DNA of 64,000 nucleotides from assembly GCF_022045235.1 (NCBI RefSeq), contig NW_027266297.1, forward strand, positions 65,906,001-65,970,000. Reading direction: 5' to 3'. The DNA comes from Haliotis cracherodii (lineage: Eukaryota). The position numbers and the translations under genes are program-made. Below, piece after piece: positions 50,595-63,437 of this stretch (positions are counted from its first letter, which is position 1; each line of letters opens with the position of its first letter). Below the pieces are notes generated by a model. It was not told where the DNA came from and ran no database searches. It was given only the letters and a program-made list of their open reading frames with translations.

Positions 50595-53190
50595 GTCTCG
50601 GCCACAGAAGCCACTAAAGGGCCAACCGTAAGGTTTCCCCCAGACATGGCCACGGAAGGCACTAGAGACACAACCATAAGGTTTCCCACAGACTCGGCCA
50701 CGGAAGGCACTGAAGACACAACCATAAGGTTTCCCGCAGACTCGGCCACAGAAGGCACTGGAGCCACAACCATAAGGTTTCCCGCAGACTCGGCCACAGA
50801 AGGCACTGAAAACACAACCATAAGGTTTCCCACAGACTCGGCCACGGAAGGCACTGAAGACACAACCATAAGGTTTCCCGCAGACTCGGCCACGGAAGGC
50901 ACTGGAGCCACAACCATAAGGTTTCCCGCAGACTCGGCCACAGAAGGCACTGGAGCCACAACCATAAGGTTTCCCACAGACTCGGCCACGGAAGGTACTG
51001 AAGACACAACCATAAGGTTTCCCGCAGACTCGGCCACGGAAGGCACTGAAAACACAACAATAAGGTTTCCCGCAGACTCGGCCACGGAAGGTACTGAAGA
51101 CACAACCATAAGGTTTCCCCCAGACATGGCCACGGAAGGCACTGGAGACACAACCATAAGGTTTCCCTCCGACTCGGCCACAGAAGGCACTGAAGACACA
51201 ACCATGAGGTTTCCCTCAGACACGGCCACGGAAGGCACCGGAGACACAACCATAACGTTTCCCCCAGACATGGCCACGGAAGGCACTGGAGACACAACAA
51301 TAAGGTTTCCCCCAGACACGGCCACGGAAGGCACTGGAGACACAACCATAAGGTTTCTCTCGGACTCGGCCACAGAATTTAAGGCACTGAAGGCACAACC
51401 ATAAGATTTACCTCAGACACGGCCAAAGAAGGCACTGGAGACACAACCATAAGGTTTCCTATGATTCGAACTTCGCAACAGAAGGCACTGGAGACACAAC
51501 CATAAGGTTTCCCTAGGACTCACCCACAGAAGACACTGAAGACACAACCATAAGGTTTCCCTCCGACTCGGCCACAGAAGGGACTCAAGACACAACCATA
51601 ATGTTTCCCTAGGACGAACTCGGCCAGAGAAGGGACTGAAGACACAACCATAAGGTTTCCCTCCGACTAGGCCACGGAAGGCACTGAAGACACAACCATA
51701 AGGTTTCCCGCAGACTCGGCCACGGAAGGTACTGAAGACACGACCATAAGGTTTCCCGCAGACTCGGCCACGGAAAGCACTGAGGACACAACCATAAGGT
51801 TTCCCACAGACTCGGCCACGGAAGGTACTGAAGACACAACCATAAGGTTTCCCGCAGACTCGGCCACGGAAGGTACTGAAGACACAACCATAAGGTTTCC
51901 CACAGACTCGGCCACGGAAGGCACTGAAGACACAACCATAAGATTTCCCTCAGACACGGCCAAAGAAGGCACTGGAGACACGACCATAAAGTTTCCCTCA
52001 GACTCGGCCACAGAAGGCACTGAAGACACGACCATAAGGTTTCCTATGATTCGAACTTCGCAACAGAAGGCACTGGAGACACAACCATAAGGTTTCCCTA
52101 GGACTCACCCACAGAAGGCACTGAAGACACAACCATAAGGTTTCCCTCCGACTCGGCCACAGAAGGGACTCAAGACACAACCATAAGGTTTCCCTAGGAC
52201 GAACTCGGCCAGAGAAGGGACTGAAGACACAACCATAAGGTTTCCCTCCGACTAGGCCACAGAAGGCACAGAAGACACAACCATAAGGTTTCCCGCAGAC
52301 TCGGCCACGGAAGGCACTGAAGACACAACCATAAGGTTTCCCGCAGACTCGGCCACGGAAGGTACTGAAGACACAACCATAAGGTTTCCCGCAGACTCGG
52401 CCACAGAAGGCACAGAAGACACAACCATAAGGTTTCCCGCAGACTCGGCCACGGAAGGCACTGAAGACACAACCATAAGGTTTCCCGCAGACTCGGCCAC
52501 GGAAGGTACTGAAGACACAACCATAAGGTTTCCCGCAGACTCGGCCACGGAAGGCACTGAAGACACAACAATAAGGTTTCCCGCAGACTCGGCCACGGAA
52601 GGTACTGAAGACACAACCATAAGGTTTCCCACAGACTCGGCCACGGGAGGCACTGGAGACACAACCATAAGGTTTCCCGCAGACTCGGCCACGGAATGTA
52701 CTGAAGACACGACCATGAGGTTTCCCGCAGACTCGGCCACGGAAAGCACTGAGGACACAACCATAAGGTTTCCCGCAGACTCGGCCACGGAAGGTACTGA
52801 AGACACAACCATAAGGTTTCCCGCAGACTCGGCCACGGAAGGCACTGAAGACACGACCATGAGGTTTCCCTTGCACTCGGCCACGGAAGGCACTGAAGAC
52901 ACAACCATAAGGTTTCCCTATGACTCGAACTCGGCCACAGAAGGCACAGAAGACACAACCATAAGGTTTCCTTGGACTCGGCCACAGAAGGCACAGAAGA
53001 CACAACCATAAGGTTTTCTCTAACTTGGACTCGGCCACAGAAGGCACTGGAGACACAACCATGAGGTTTCCCTATGACTCTAACTCGGCCACAGAAGGCA
53101 CTGAAGACACAACCATAAGGTTTCCCTTGGACTCGGCCACAGAAGGCACTGAAGACACAACCATAAGGTTTCCCTCAGATTCGAACACGG
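50595..53190. repeat. 48-bp tandem array (~52 units)
   Basis: cacaaccataaggtttcccgcagactcggccacggaaggcactgaaga. Confidence 0.95.
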
Positions 53191-54129
53191 TCACAGGGCA
53201 AATATTAAAACAGGAATTACAGTTATGTCCACTGTGTGTCTAGGCTCATATATTGACGATATATGGGCGTATCGAGCGCTGTCAGCCACATTTGCAGATG
53301 GGGCGTGTTTACCTGATCCGCCAAAGCATGGGTTATTATTCAGAAACGTGAATCACATTTAGCAGGGATGAATACAAATTAGATTGGTAGTCACTTCATG
53401 TTACAGGAGAATGCATATTGCTATTTATCAAACAGTGTACGTTGTACAATACTAAACGTTGTATTGTCACAATTGCAAAGGTAGGTAAGATTTAAACAAA
53501 GTTTTCTTTTTCATAGGAGGATAGATCTTTTATATACGCAGCGACAATTCATGATACGGAGCCAAGCTTAAAAGGTTGACTATTGTTTTCTATTTCCAAA
53601 TGGCCCTTTGCCATTTCATATCTGAAACAATATTTTGTGGGGATTGGTGTCTAGGGATGGGTAAATTCGCTATCTTGTCACTGGTCCATCTTTGATTGTG
53701 TGGACCACCGATGCATGACAGGACTACTGCTGTGTGGCATCAGGTAAGAAACAGACACTTACATTTCTATGCAAACTGTGAATGGCGAGTGCTACCGGAA
53801 GGACAGGGCAAGCTCACCCTTTTCGTGAACACCATGTGTCGTTACGAGTTTCAGTGATCCATTTTCTCCACTATTATCCTTTTGTACCCAATGATTTCCC
53901 TTTAGGCTGACAATCGAGTCTGATTATTCCCTGGCGTTGACGTTTTGCATCAGAATAAGTGCATCACCAACTGACGCATGGAATGTAACAGGGGATCATA
54001 AATTATGATCATTTGTTTTACCAGAATCTGATTCTCATGATCTTACAATGTAATAGTCATAGTCCTGTAGTGAAATACAGAGACTGGCACAATACATTAG
54101 AAGTCACGGTGTCCGTTCCAGAATATGTG

Positions 54130-54438
54130 TACCGTATTTCCTCTATTAGACGCCGAGCTCTAATAGACGCCGACCTCTAATAGAAGCCGGGTCAATTGTT
54201 CAGTGCCAAAAAATAGAAGCCGGGCCTCTAATAGACGCCGGGTCGATCAATTGGTACAATTAATGATCCCTTTTTGGGACCTAAATTACATAATGAGGAC
54301 TCCCTTCCTCTTCATAGTGAAATGGGGGTATTAATAGAAGTCGGGCCTCCAACAGACGCCGGGCCTCTAATTGACGCCGGGTCAAAGGCTTGTCCGAAAT
54401 AAATAGAAGCCCGGGCGTCAAATAGAGGAAATACGGTA
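54130..54438. mobile_element. Tc1/mariner (pogo-like) MITE with internal aatagacgccgg repeats
   Basis: TIR taccgtatttcctctatt / aatagaggaaatacggta. Confidence 0.85.
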
Positions 54439-54596
54439 TGCTACATAAATCGATGTATATAACACGTCCCAGTTTAGTTCTGGAAACCCAGAAACTCCGC
54501 GCAATGGCCTGTCTCGGACAGAGATATATACCACATTCAACATGCTATTTTGGAAGACAAATTGAAAATATAATTGTTTCGAAAACAAGCTATTGA

Positions 54597-55845
54597 TTAT
54601 TGTTTTCAGAAACGGGGGGTATCTAAAAAAAGTGGAAAAATGGTTTTATAAATCTATGGAAATGCAAGCAACTTCACATTATAAATACCTGGGCATTATA
54701 TTTTCTTCCAGGTTAATCTGGTCTAAAGCTTGTGAGACTATTTCATTACAAGCTAGAAAGTCATGTTTTCCGTTATTTCAACTTATGAAAACTTATCCAG
54801 ATATATCTTTGAAGACAATTGTTGCTTTTTTTGATTCAAAAATTGCACCCATTCTATATTATGGCAGTGAAATTTGGGGATATACATACAGAGGATCTAT
54901 AGAAAGAGTACAAAGTTTATATTTTAAAAGATTTTTGAAACTGGGAAAACAAGCGTCTTCAAGTGCCGTTTTGGGCGAAGTTGGCCGTTATAACCTATGT
55001 ATAAATTATTTTAGCAGGTGTCTAAAATATTGGTGTAGACTTATTCGTATGAATCCGAAGCGTTACCCCTATGCCTGTTATAAAATGTTACAGTCACACG
55101 ATGCGATTGGGGCTTTGAACTGGGTTTCACATGTCAGGATGTTGTTATTTCAAACAGGTTTTGGTTATGTCTGGATTGCTCAGGATTGTGGAAACACGAA
55201 GGGTTTCATAACTATGTTTAAACAGAGATGTGTAGATATGGAGATACAGAAATGGTTTCAAAAGATTACCAGCTCACATTTCCTGTCACATTATAATTCA
55301 TACAAGTCATTACTAGCGCCAGAGATGTATATCACATCGGGTGTTTTAGATAAAGACTTGATCTGTGTATTAGCTAAGTTCCGCACTCTTTCGCATAGTT
55401 TGAAAATACAAAAACTGCGTTATAGTAAAAATAATGCGAAAACAAATGTTGATCAGCTGATGCTATACTGTGACCAGTGTGATGAATTAGTTGTAGAGGA
55501 CGAGTACCATTTTGTACTAGTCTGTTCATACTATAAGCAAAGTAGAAACACATTTATTCCACAGTATTACCATAAACATCCTTCTCGTCAAAAATTAATT
55601 GAACTAATGTCCTCTACAACACATTCAACAATCAAAGGTCTTGCTTTGTACCTAAAGAGAAATTTGAAAAACACAAGAAACAAACAAACATAATTATGTA
55701 GTATGTATTACGTCACATATTATGGAAACATTGTAAATCAACTGTGTGAGATCCACTAATAAGTTAGATATAAATGTATTGTACTCTGGGCCACGAGGCC
55801 TCCAATACTGAAATAAAGAATCTTGAAATCTTGAAATCTTGAAAT
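54597..55845 (+). mobile_element. 5'-truncated non-LTR retrotransposon (RTEX-like), ORF2 C-terminus with uninterrupted frame to 55693
   Basis: YKYLG, PILxYGSEIWG, GEVGRY and C-terminal CxxC...EDEYHFVLVC zinc knuckle; aataaa plus (tcttgaaa)n tail; TSD ctattga (54590-54596 / 55846-55852). Confidence 0.85.
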
Positions 55846-58099
55846 CTATTGACAATATTGTATGAGCGCTTCAGTTTGGATATCAAGTTCATTGTGGTTT
55901 TCAGTATTAAAGTTGGTGGGAGTTATCTCCCTTAACAGAAAGCCTGTAAAAATCTATCAATGCTTCAAGAGAACGGCAGCGGAGCATTCTTTGATTAATA
56001 TCTTTCAACTGAAAATAAATGATGTGAAAAAGTAACTATTTGACATCATTATTTCATACAAGTATACAGTAAAAAATAAATAGGCATTTTTTTGTAATGT
56101 TCTTGCGTTCTTTTGTTAAAAAATGCTAAAATATAACTATAATACAAATAGGATGAAGCAGTTTTTATAAAACAGTACATGATATTTGTTTTGTAATTTT
56201 GTGCATAGTCACCAAGACCTGGGTGGCATTTAAGTTGGTGAGGTAACCATTTATTTCTTAGAGAATGTTATCTTTTGAAATATTAAGTGTAACTCATTAT
56301 ATCTGTGTAAAACCTGATTTAATTTGTTCCAAATGTTTTAAGAACATTAGAGTTTTCTTCTATAACTATTAACTAAATCTGATTTGAATTAAAACATGTC
56401 ATTACCTACACTATATCTATGTACAAGCAAACGTTAACAATGGTGATGTGAGGTGATATGATCTGAAACGGGGCTTAACGTCAAGATTACCGCATTCAGG
56501 TGTGGGTATGTTGCAGCATGTGGTTATCCGGACGTACATGCCTGTTTTATAGTGCTATCCCACTGAGATGCCATGACAAAGTTCAACATAGATACACTAA
56601 CTGCCACTATATTGATCAACTCGGGAGGCAGATGTCACGTTACCCATCGACGATAGGTGTATATCTTCTACTAAGGTGGATGATGTCACATATACTTTTC
56701 AGTTTTGTTGATAAATGTTTACAGTAGCTTTACATAACAATCATTTTCAACAAATAACTTCAGTTAACATAAAACGTCGACGCCAAAACAACCAGTTTCA
56801 TTTTTATCTTTGGCTGCTCTGTTTATATACGTCGAGTAGCTGTCCATTGTTTTAACTGTTCTTGACATTCCTGTATCAAGTGAGCAATTGATTGCAAGAT
56901 GAACATACCTTGTCACTATGCTTTTTGTGAAGGAGCCTGAGGCGTGAGATAGCTATTTCCTTTCATTTTAGTATGAAATGTGGCATTTGGTGGATCTTGG
57001 GTTGAATGTCGCATAGCCATCTGCTGATCTTACTTGCGTCCCACTAGGCTTGCCATCTTTGGGCTATGGTGACTTTGGGGGTGAGATGAAATGGGGCTTA
57101 ACGTCGCATCCAAGATTATTGCATGTATATAGCGACGTTATGGTGGCTTTGATTTTGCTTCATATCTCTAGTTTTCTAAGGGGAATAGCTGTATCTCTGC
57201 TTTGTCTAGAGCTTCGCCAGTGATACCTGTGTACATTGGTGTGCGAATAATATACGGCTACATGCTTTTTTTTCCCTGAACGCAAAGACAACCGTGGGCA
57301 CCCAACACTAGAAATACCATGTACACGATTCCATGCGAAGTTTAACTTTGTTATTACACTAATATGATACGGCGGGAAGACTTGTTAAATGTTAAGTATA
57401 TGCGGGTATAATAATCAGCTGTACTAAAGTGCTTTTGATAATGGTTATTATTATTAGAAATATTAGTAAAAGCTGCTACAAAAATAACACAATATTATTC
57501 CTGATAAATGTAAAAGAATGGCGAGCAAATACAATTCAAATTGTAAATGATAGTTTTATTTACTTTAGGTCACAGCGTTACATATTCCTGCTTTTCATCA
57601 TCGCTGGAGTACATATCACGGCTGTGACAACCAAACTACATCTCAACTGATCTCTCACACAACTGACCATGAACAGACAACATGTCCACATGGTGCCTGC
57701 TAATCAGTCAAAAGCAGACAGAGTTGCCGCAGCAGTGAGCGCTACAGAACTGAAGGTATTGTCGAATTGGAGAAAAACTTCGAAGCTACCAGGAATGACA
57801 GATTATATTTGCATAATGCAAATTAACGTTTACAGCCTTGGTATTTGAGGAAGGATTTGTAACGTTAATTTCAACTCGTGTCAGTGTTCGTCAAATGCAA
57901 TTAAGACGTTCTCCTTTGCCCCAACAAGTATCAAATCTATGCGTATAAAGGAAATGTGCATCACTGGATCATCATGTATGACGTAAATATATTTATCAAG
58001 ATGTCATCCTGTATCAAGAAAAGAAATAATTCTTAATCTCCCACCAGTTCTCTGGTTTTGGGACGGAATGCTTGGTGCGCTTGTTGTCTCACTGTTCTA

Positions 58100-58420
58100 T
58101 GAACCTTGTTTCTCATCTTCACTAATGCCACTGTTCTTAGATCGAATCTCCTGCTTCATTGTGTTGTATTTGGAAACTCTTCCTCAGATATCTTGCAATC
58201 AGCTTAATGCTGTTGAGATATGATCCGCAATGCTATTTAACTTTGATTCAGCCAACACACACTATCATATTGTAATGCTTTCTTTTGCTACTGACGTGAA
58301 ATATATTTAAGAGCTATTTTTGTCGGTTCAGAGACTCCAGCTGCTACTTCCATATCAACCTTATTAGATACGAGTTTTTTGGGGGCATAAATTCTGACTA
58401 AGCAGAATGCTTCCAGCTAT
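58100..58420 (-). pseudogene. Polinton accessory gene remnant
   Basis: LAESKLNSIADHISTAL..ISEEEF..YNTMKQEIRSK motif. Confidence 0.55.
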
Positions 58421-58884
58421 AAACTGGACCCCATCAAGTCTTGAAAAGTGCGCTCTTCCTGTCTGTATAAAAATACTCAATGTTGATGTTCATGTTTCTT
58501 TACCCAATTAAGACGTAACCCGAATTACACAGCTTGGGCATCTTTTGGTGCATCCCCAAACAATACTTCAATGTAGATGGTAGAGCATTGAGGTATAGCC
58601 TTCAAATTTAAGTTAATATCTTTTAATGCTGGGCAACTCATATAACATATGGCTAGGTTTATCTTACAGTGGAGCTATTAACACACTCTTTTGAAGGAAT
58701 GTAAGCGCCAAGTAAAATCCCACTATTCATTATCTTAGTGAAATGATGTACCTTACCCATCATCACAAATGGCGGAGAATAGAGAATGCTAGTGAGGGTG
58801 TCACTACACAGATAAAGAAGAAGGCTGAAAGGACTGGTAATTTAAACTTATATTTGTATGTGATTATCAGCTGCTTATACATTT

Positions 58885-59155
58885 ACTTAGCAAAATGTAG
58901 CAACTGCTCAACAAAATATAGCAACTGCTTAGTAAAATGTAGCAACTGCTTAGCAAAGTATAGAAACTGCTTTGCAAATGTTGTAAATGATCAGCAAAAT
59001 GTAGCTTATGCTTTGCAAAATATAGAGACTGCTTTGCAAAATATAGCAACTGCTCAGCAAAATATAGGAACTGCTCAGCAAAATATAGTAACTGTTTAGC
59101 AAAATATAGCAACTGCTTTGCAAATGTAGAAAATGCTCAGCAAAATATAGCAAAT
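58885..59155. repeat. 21-bp tandem array (agcaactgctcagcaaaatat)n
   Basis: About 13 degenerate units. Confidence 0.85.
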
Positions 59156-59300
59156 TGAACACTTCCAAACATTTGTGTATACAATAATGTGGTGGCAAGT
59201 ACTCATTCATTTGCAACAGTTTATTGTTTCAGGTTGTATTGGATATTTCAAATGTAATTATTTTAGTCTTAAATATCGGCTAGTGTATTACATGAAAAAG

Positions 59301-59745
59301 ATGGAATGCAATGAACTTCTTTAACAACTGCTCCAAGATGAGACAGAACCTATAGTGAATAAATCTATAGAACAACATAGAGAAAGACTTGTGGCCTTTG
59401 GTGGGAAATGCACCCAATACTAAGGGGAAAATTAAACAACTGAAAAAAATGATAACATACCTGATGAAGAAATTAAAAAACTATATGTGAAATATGAGTC
59501 TACAATAAGGAATAGGTTCAGCTATGTTACAACAATAAACAGCTGTAGCCATTATATTTCTTCCTATCCCACCAGAAAATCGGCTGTATCTATGCGAATC
59601 TCTCGAGGAAGACCCATTTGTTGGACATGCTTTAAGTGCAGTAAGCTGTGAGTTTTACCATAGATACGGAATGTTCTTAGCACTATTTACCACTGCTATA
59701 ATAATAGCTAAGTACTATCAAGTTAAACATAAGTGCCTACCTAAT
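59301..59745 (+). pseudogene. Polinton accessory gene remnant
   Basis: HRERLVAFGG..DEEIKKLYVKYE..LEEDPFVGHALSAVSCEFYHRYGMFLA resembles recalled invertebrate Polinton accessory ORFs; interrupted by stops. Confidence 0.55.
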
Positions 59746-60349
59746 ATTAATGGAAGCCGAAACACCACAAGTGAATGCAGAAACACCACAAGTTGTGAGA
59801 GTGACTAAGAAAGCTAAAAAGGTAGCAGCAGGTAAAAAAGGTCCCGCAACAAGAAAGACAAAACTACTACTAGTTGAACACAGTCCACATGCTGAATGGA
59901 TTGGCCTCCATAGGCACTAGCTACTGTTGTTATAGCAGTGGTATGGCTTATTAAGACAAATATAGGGATAAAGCTTTAGAACAACTTGAAACAGCTCAGC
60001 TGACCCGCTTTTAGACACATGTAACTGGAAGTGTATATTTATCACGATGGCAGTTCATGCTGATGGGGAAGTCCATCGCTTGTGGCAAGTGTAGTGTGGG
60101 TGAATATTGTGGAATTCATGTCATAGCAACAAGGAATGTTCACGTTAACTATACTTGTTCTGTATGTGGAATTGAGGTCAAGGGTCATCATTGTTTATGT
60201 AAGGCCCATGGAGCTGCCACAGTTTGAAACCCGAATATTTACGCAGGGAAGGATTACTTCAAAGAGAGAAATAGCTCGAGAAGAATTAGAATTTAGTCAC
60301 ATTAAGAAACACCATTTAGAGATTGACTTTGCATAAAGTCATACAGAAC

Positions 60350-62366
60350 AGTGGCTTCTGTCAGAGAACTGATAGCTCTGGCAAAACAATGTGGTCTAAG
60401 TGGTTATTCTCAAATGCGAAAGAGTGAATTGATCACCTTACTTGGTTTGGACTACAACAAACCCCCGACTGTTAGAGGACTCAAAGCTCAGGCAAGAAAT
60501 CACAAACTGAGATGTTATTTTTGAAAAAAAAGCTGAATTGATTGCTTTACTAGTTAAGATTTGTTCCCCCAGGATGCTATGAAGCAAAATGAATGAGGAC
60601 TTAGATGATTTGGAAAGGAATAAAATATCAGCTAATATTTAAAATGTCATTAAGTGAAAATAACACTGATGACAGCGTTGAAAATACACAACCAATACTT
60701 ATTTCTGGGGCCAACAAGAAGTATTAACCAAATCGAATTCTATAAGTTCATTATTAAATACATCATTTCAACAGATCCAAGAAACTTTAGAGCAATGTAC
60801 TAATAGAGGTTCAGGTTGGATTGTGGATAGAATTGAAACTTTGTTTTAAGATATCGCAAATTACATGCCTTTGAAATGTGGATCTTATATAAATTTACCC
60901 TCATATCATATGAAAAAACAAGCAATAATTAACGTTAAAAATAATCATAACTGTTTTAGATGGGCATTTAGAAGTGCCTTATTTCCTGCAGATTTGGGGC
61001 CATTGGTGGCCTAGTCTTCTAAGACTCTGCGATTCGGTGTGCAGATTTGCATCCATTGGGCATGCAAGAAGCCTATGATTGTGGGTTCGAATCCCGGTTT
61101 GCCCTGATTGTGTTTCTAGGTTTGTCAGCACCATACCCTTGCTCATGGGTTTCAACGAAGTGGTAAACGTCTGAGACCTGCATCAGTTTGGGCCTTCCTC
61201 CCACATTAAGCTGACATGCCGTGATATAACTGGAAAACTGTTAAAAGCGGCATTAAACCCAACTCACTTACTCCTGCAGATTCTGAAAAATGTTCAGAGA
61301 GGCCTTCCAGCTATACCCAAAATGATGGCCTCAACTTTGGACGTATAGATGCTCCTAAACCAATCTCACAAATTAATAAGTTGGAAAAACAGAAAAATAT
61401 TCCACGAATCAATCTATCTCTTTTTGAAAAAGATGGCAAACATCATAAAACATGGATGAAGAGTTTTAGCAGCCTATTATAGGATCAAACAACACATAGG
61501 GAAAGGAAATGTTTCTGTCAAAGATGTGTGCATGGATACAGCAGGCAATATCTTTTCGAAGAGCATAAAGAAGACTGTAAGTCTGTAGAGGTGCTTGGCA
61601 GACTGCTGTCAGGATCGATATGCCTAAAAAGGATAAAATATATTAAACTTGATTGTTATTGTAATCAAATGCCAGTGCCATAATTACTTTATGCTGACTT
61701 TGAAGCCCTTATAAAACAGATAGAAAATACTGAACATAGTACTGAATGCAGTTTTACATACCATACACAAGAACATAAGGTGTGCGGGTTTTGATATATA
61801 GTTTTTAGATACAACGTAAAAACAATTGCACCTGTGACTTATCACAACACTTACTATATGACTTTTATTACAATGAACATAAGAAGCAATATGCTGATGG
61901 ATGCGACTTGTTATACACTGATACATATTCTTTGCTAATAGAAATACAAACCGAGGATGTGCATAAAGATATGTATGAAACGAGCAATTACCCCAAAGAT
62001 AATCCATTGCACAGCACAGTAAATAGATAGGTATTAGGCAATATGAAGAATGAGTGTGCAACAAATCCAATTGCTGAGTATGTTGGATTAAGACTGAAGA
62101 TGGATTCTATAAACAAGTCTGATAATGTGGAGATGAAAAAGCTAAAGGTGTTGAGAAGTATGTGGTGGAAAAGCATATAAAACATGAACAGTAGAAAGAT
62201 GCATAACTCAACGGCAAAACATTCAAACATGAGATGAATAGAAAGTGACAAGCACAGGATTTATGGATTAAGAATAAAAAGGGCATCCTCATCCCTCTTA
62301 GATACAAAGAGATGGATTTACAAGGATGGTGTAACTACCTATGTCTATGGCTATTTTGGGAGGTAA
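60350..62366 (+). pseudogene. Protein-primed family B DNA polymerase (Polinton pPolB) remnant
   Basis: Rho_N-like repeats (ELIALAKQCGLSGYSQMRKSELI), GSGW, GSYINLP..KQAIINVKN..CFRWA, YADFEAL, MKNEC..IAEYVGLR, KAKGV, LDTKRWI..DGVTT.YG; many stops and frameshifts; central part deleted. Confidence 0.85.
60995..61271 (+). mobile_element. SINE family B inserted into the pPolB remnant
   Basis: 11-bp TSD tcctgcagatt. Confidence 0.9.
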
Positions 62367-62854
62367 TACTGTATCGCTGGGAACTATAAGCAACTCTTCT
62401 CACACAAATCGTCTGCCCGGCCCATCTTTAAGATAATACAGAAAGGGCTGGCCTTCTTTCATAACCAATCCACTCATGCTATATATCTTAAGAGACCAAA
62501 CCTGATCACTTGCGTTGTCCTTCTTCACGGGGCTGGTTTAAATATCTTACTTACTCTGTCTGTAGGTTTTTGTTCTTTACCTCTCCTTGGTGCTGAAGAT
62601 TTGGAAATCTAATGTTGAATCTTTCAACAATAGCTTGGCAACAAGATGCCAGCCTAATGAACTTCATTAGTTATAGAAATATCAAACCTTTTCCTTGATA
62701 TTTATCACAGGGCTGGTAAGTATATTTGCCATATTGGTTGCTTCTTTAACCAGTCCTTGGCAACATCTTTAGATACCTTAGCCACTGCAGCTAGTTTTTG
62801 TATTGCCCCTTTACCATTCCAATATCCTCACTGGCCATGGTAAATTTTATCCAT
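62358..62854 (-). pseudogene. Polinton-type retroviral-like integrase remnant
   Basis: GYWNGKGAIQKLAAVAKVSKDVAKDWLKKQPIWQIYLP, QAIVERFN, LYYLKDGPGRRFV*EELLIVPSDTVLPP; core largely deleted. Confidence 0.8.
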
Positions 62855-63437
62855 CATTAATTAATATTGATGTTCCTTCAATACAATGAAATATTACCAT
62901 TTAGACAAATGTTTACACAAGTGTATAACAATGGACAATTACAAGCAAACAAAAGAACTTGAAAAAACTGTCAAAGCATTTATGCTCTGGGACAAAATTA
63001 TGAAAAGGCAAGAAATACCACAAGGTGTATATCTTGTCATGGATGTCAAGCCATCCAAATTATTTCTTTCCAAATGTGAAGAAGAGTATACGGTCTGGTC
63101 TCGTAGTAAAATGAATGAAGAACTTAGTAAAAATGTTGAATATCACTAAGTACGAAATAATGGTATGCATATGAATAAAAATAATAGAGAATATTTGCAT
63201 TACAATTTGGCTTAAAGGTTTCCATGGATATAGGAGGGCATCTTGATACATGACGATCAAGGCATCATCATCACATAATTCACATGAACTTAAAACCCCC
63301 ATAGAAGCATTGTTAGGGCCTGGTCCTGGTCCAGGGTGGAGTGTCATCGTACCCCCATCGTCTATACTACTTGCATTGCACACCTTCTCATTCTCTTACG
63401 TTTTAATGAGCCTGATGACAAATTTTCCTTTAAATAA

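Larger units (their letters stand above)
58050..63400. mobile_element. Decayed, internally deleted Polinton/Maverick endogenous viral element
   Basis: pPolB and rve-integrase remnants plus accessory ORF remnants; termini not identified. Confidence 0.75.

Noticed and set aside
50498-53243. Mucin-like ORFs (TTIRFPADSATEGTED)
   Set aside because: Variant units introduce stops and frameshifts; no flanking exons or signal peptide found.
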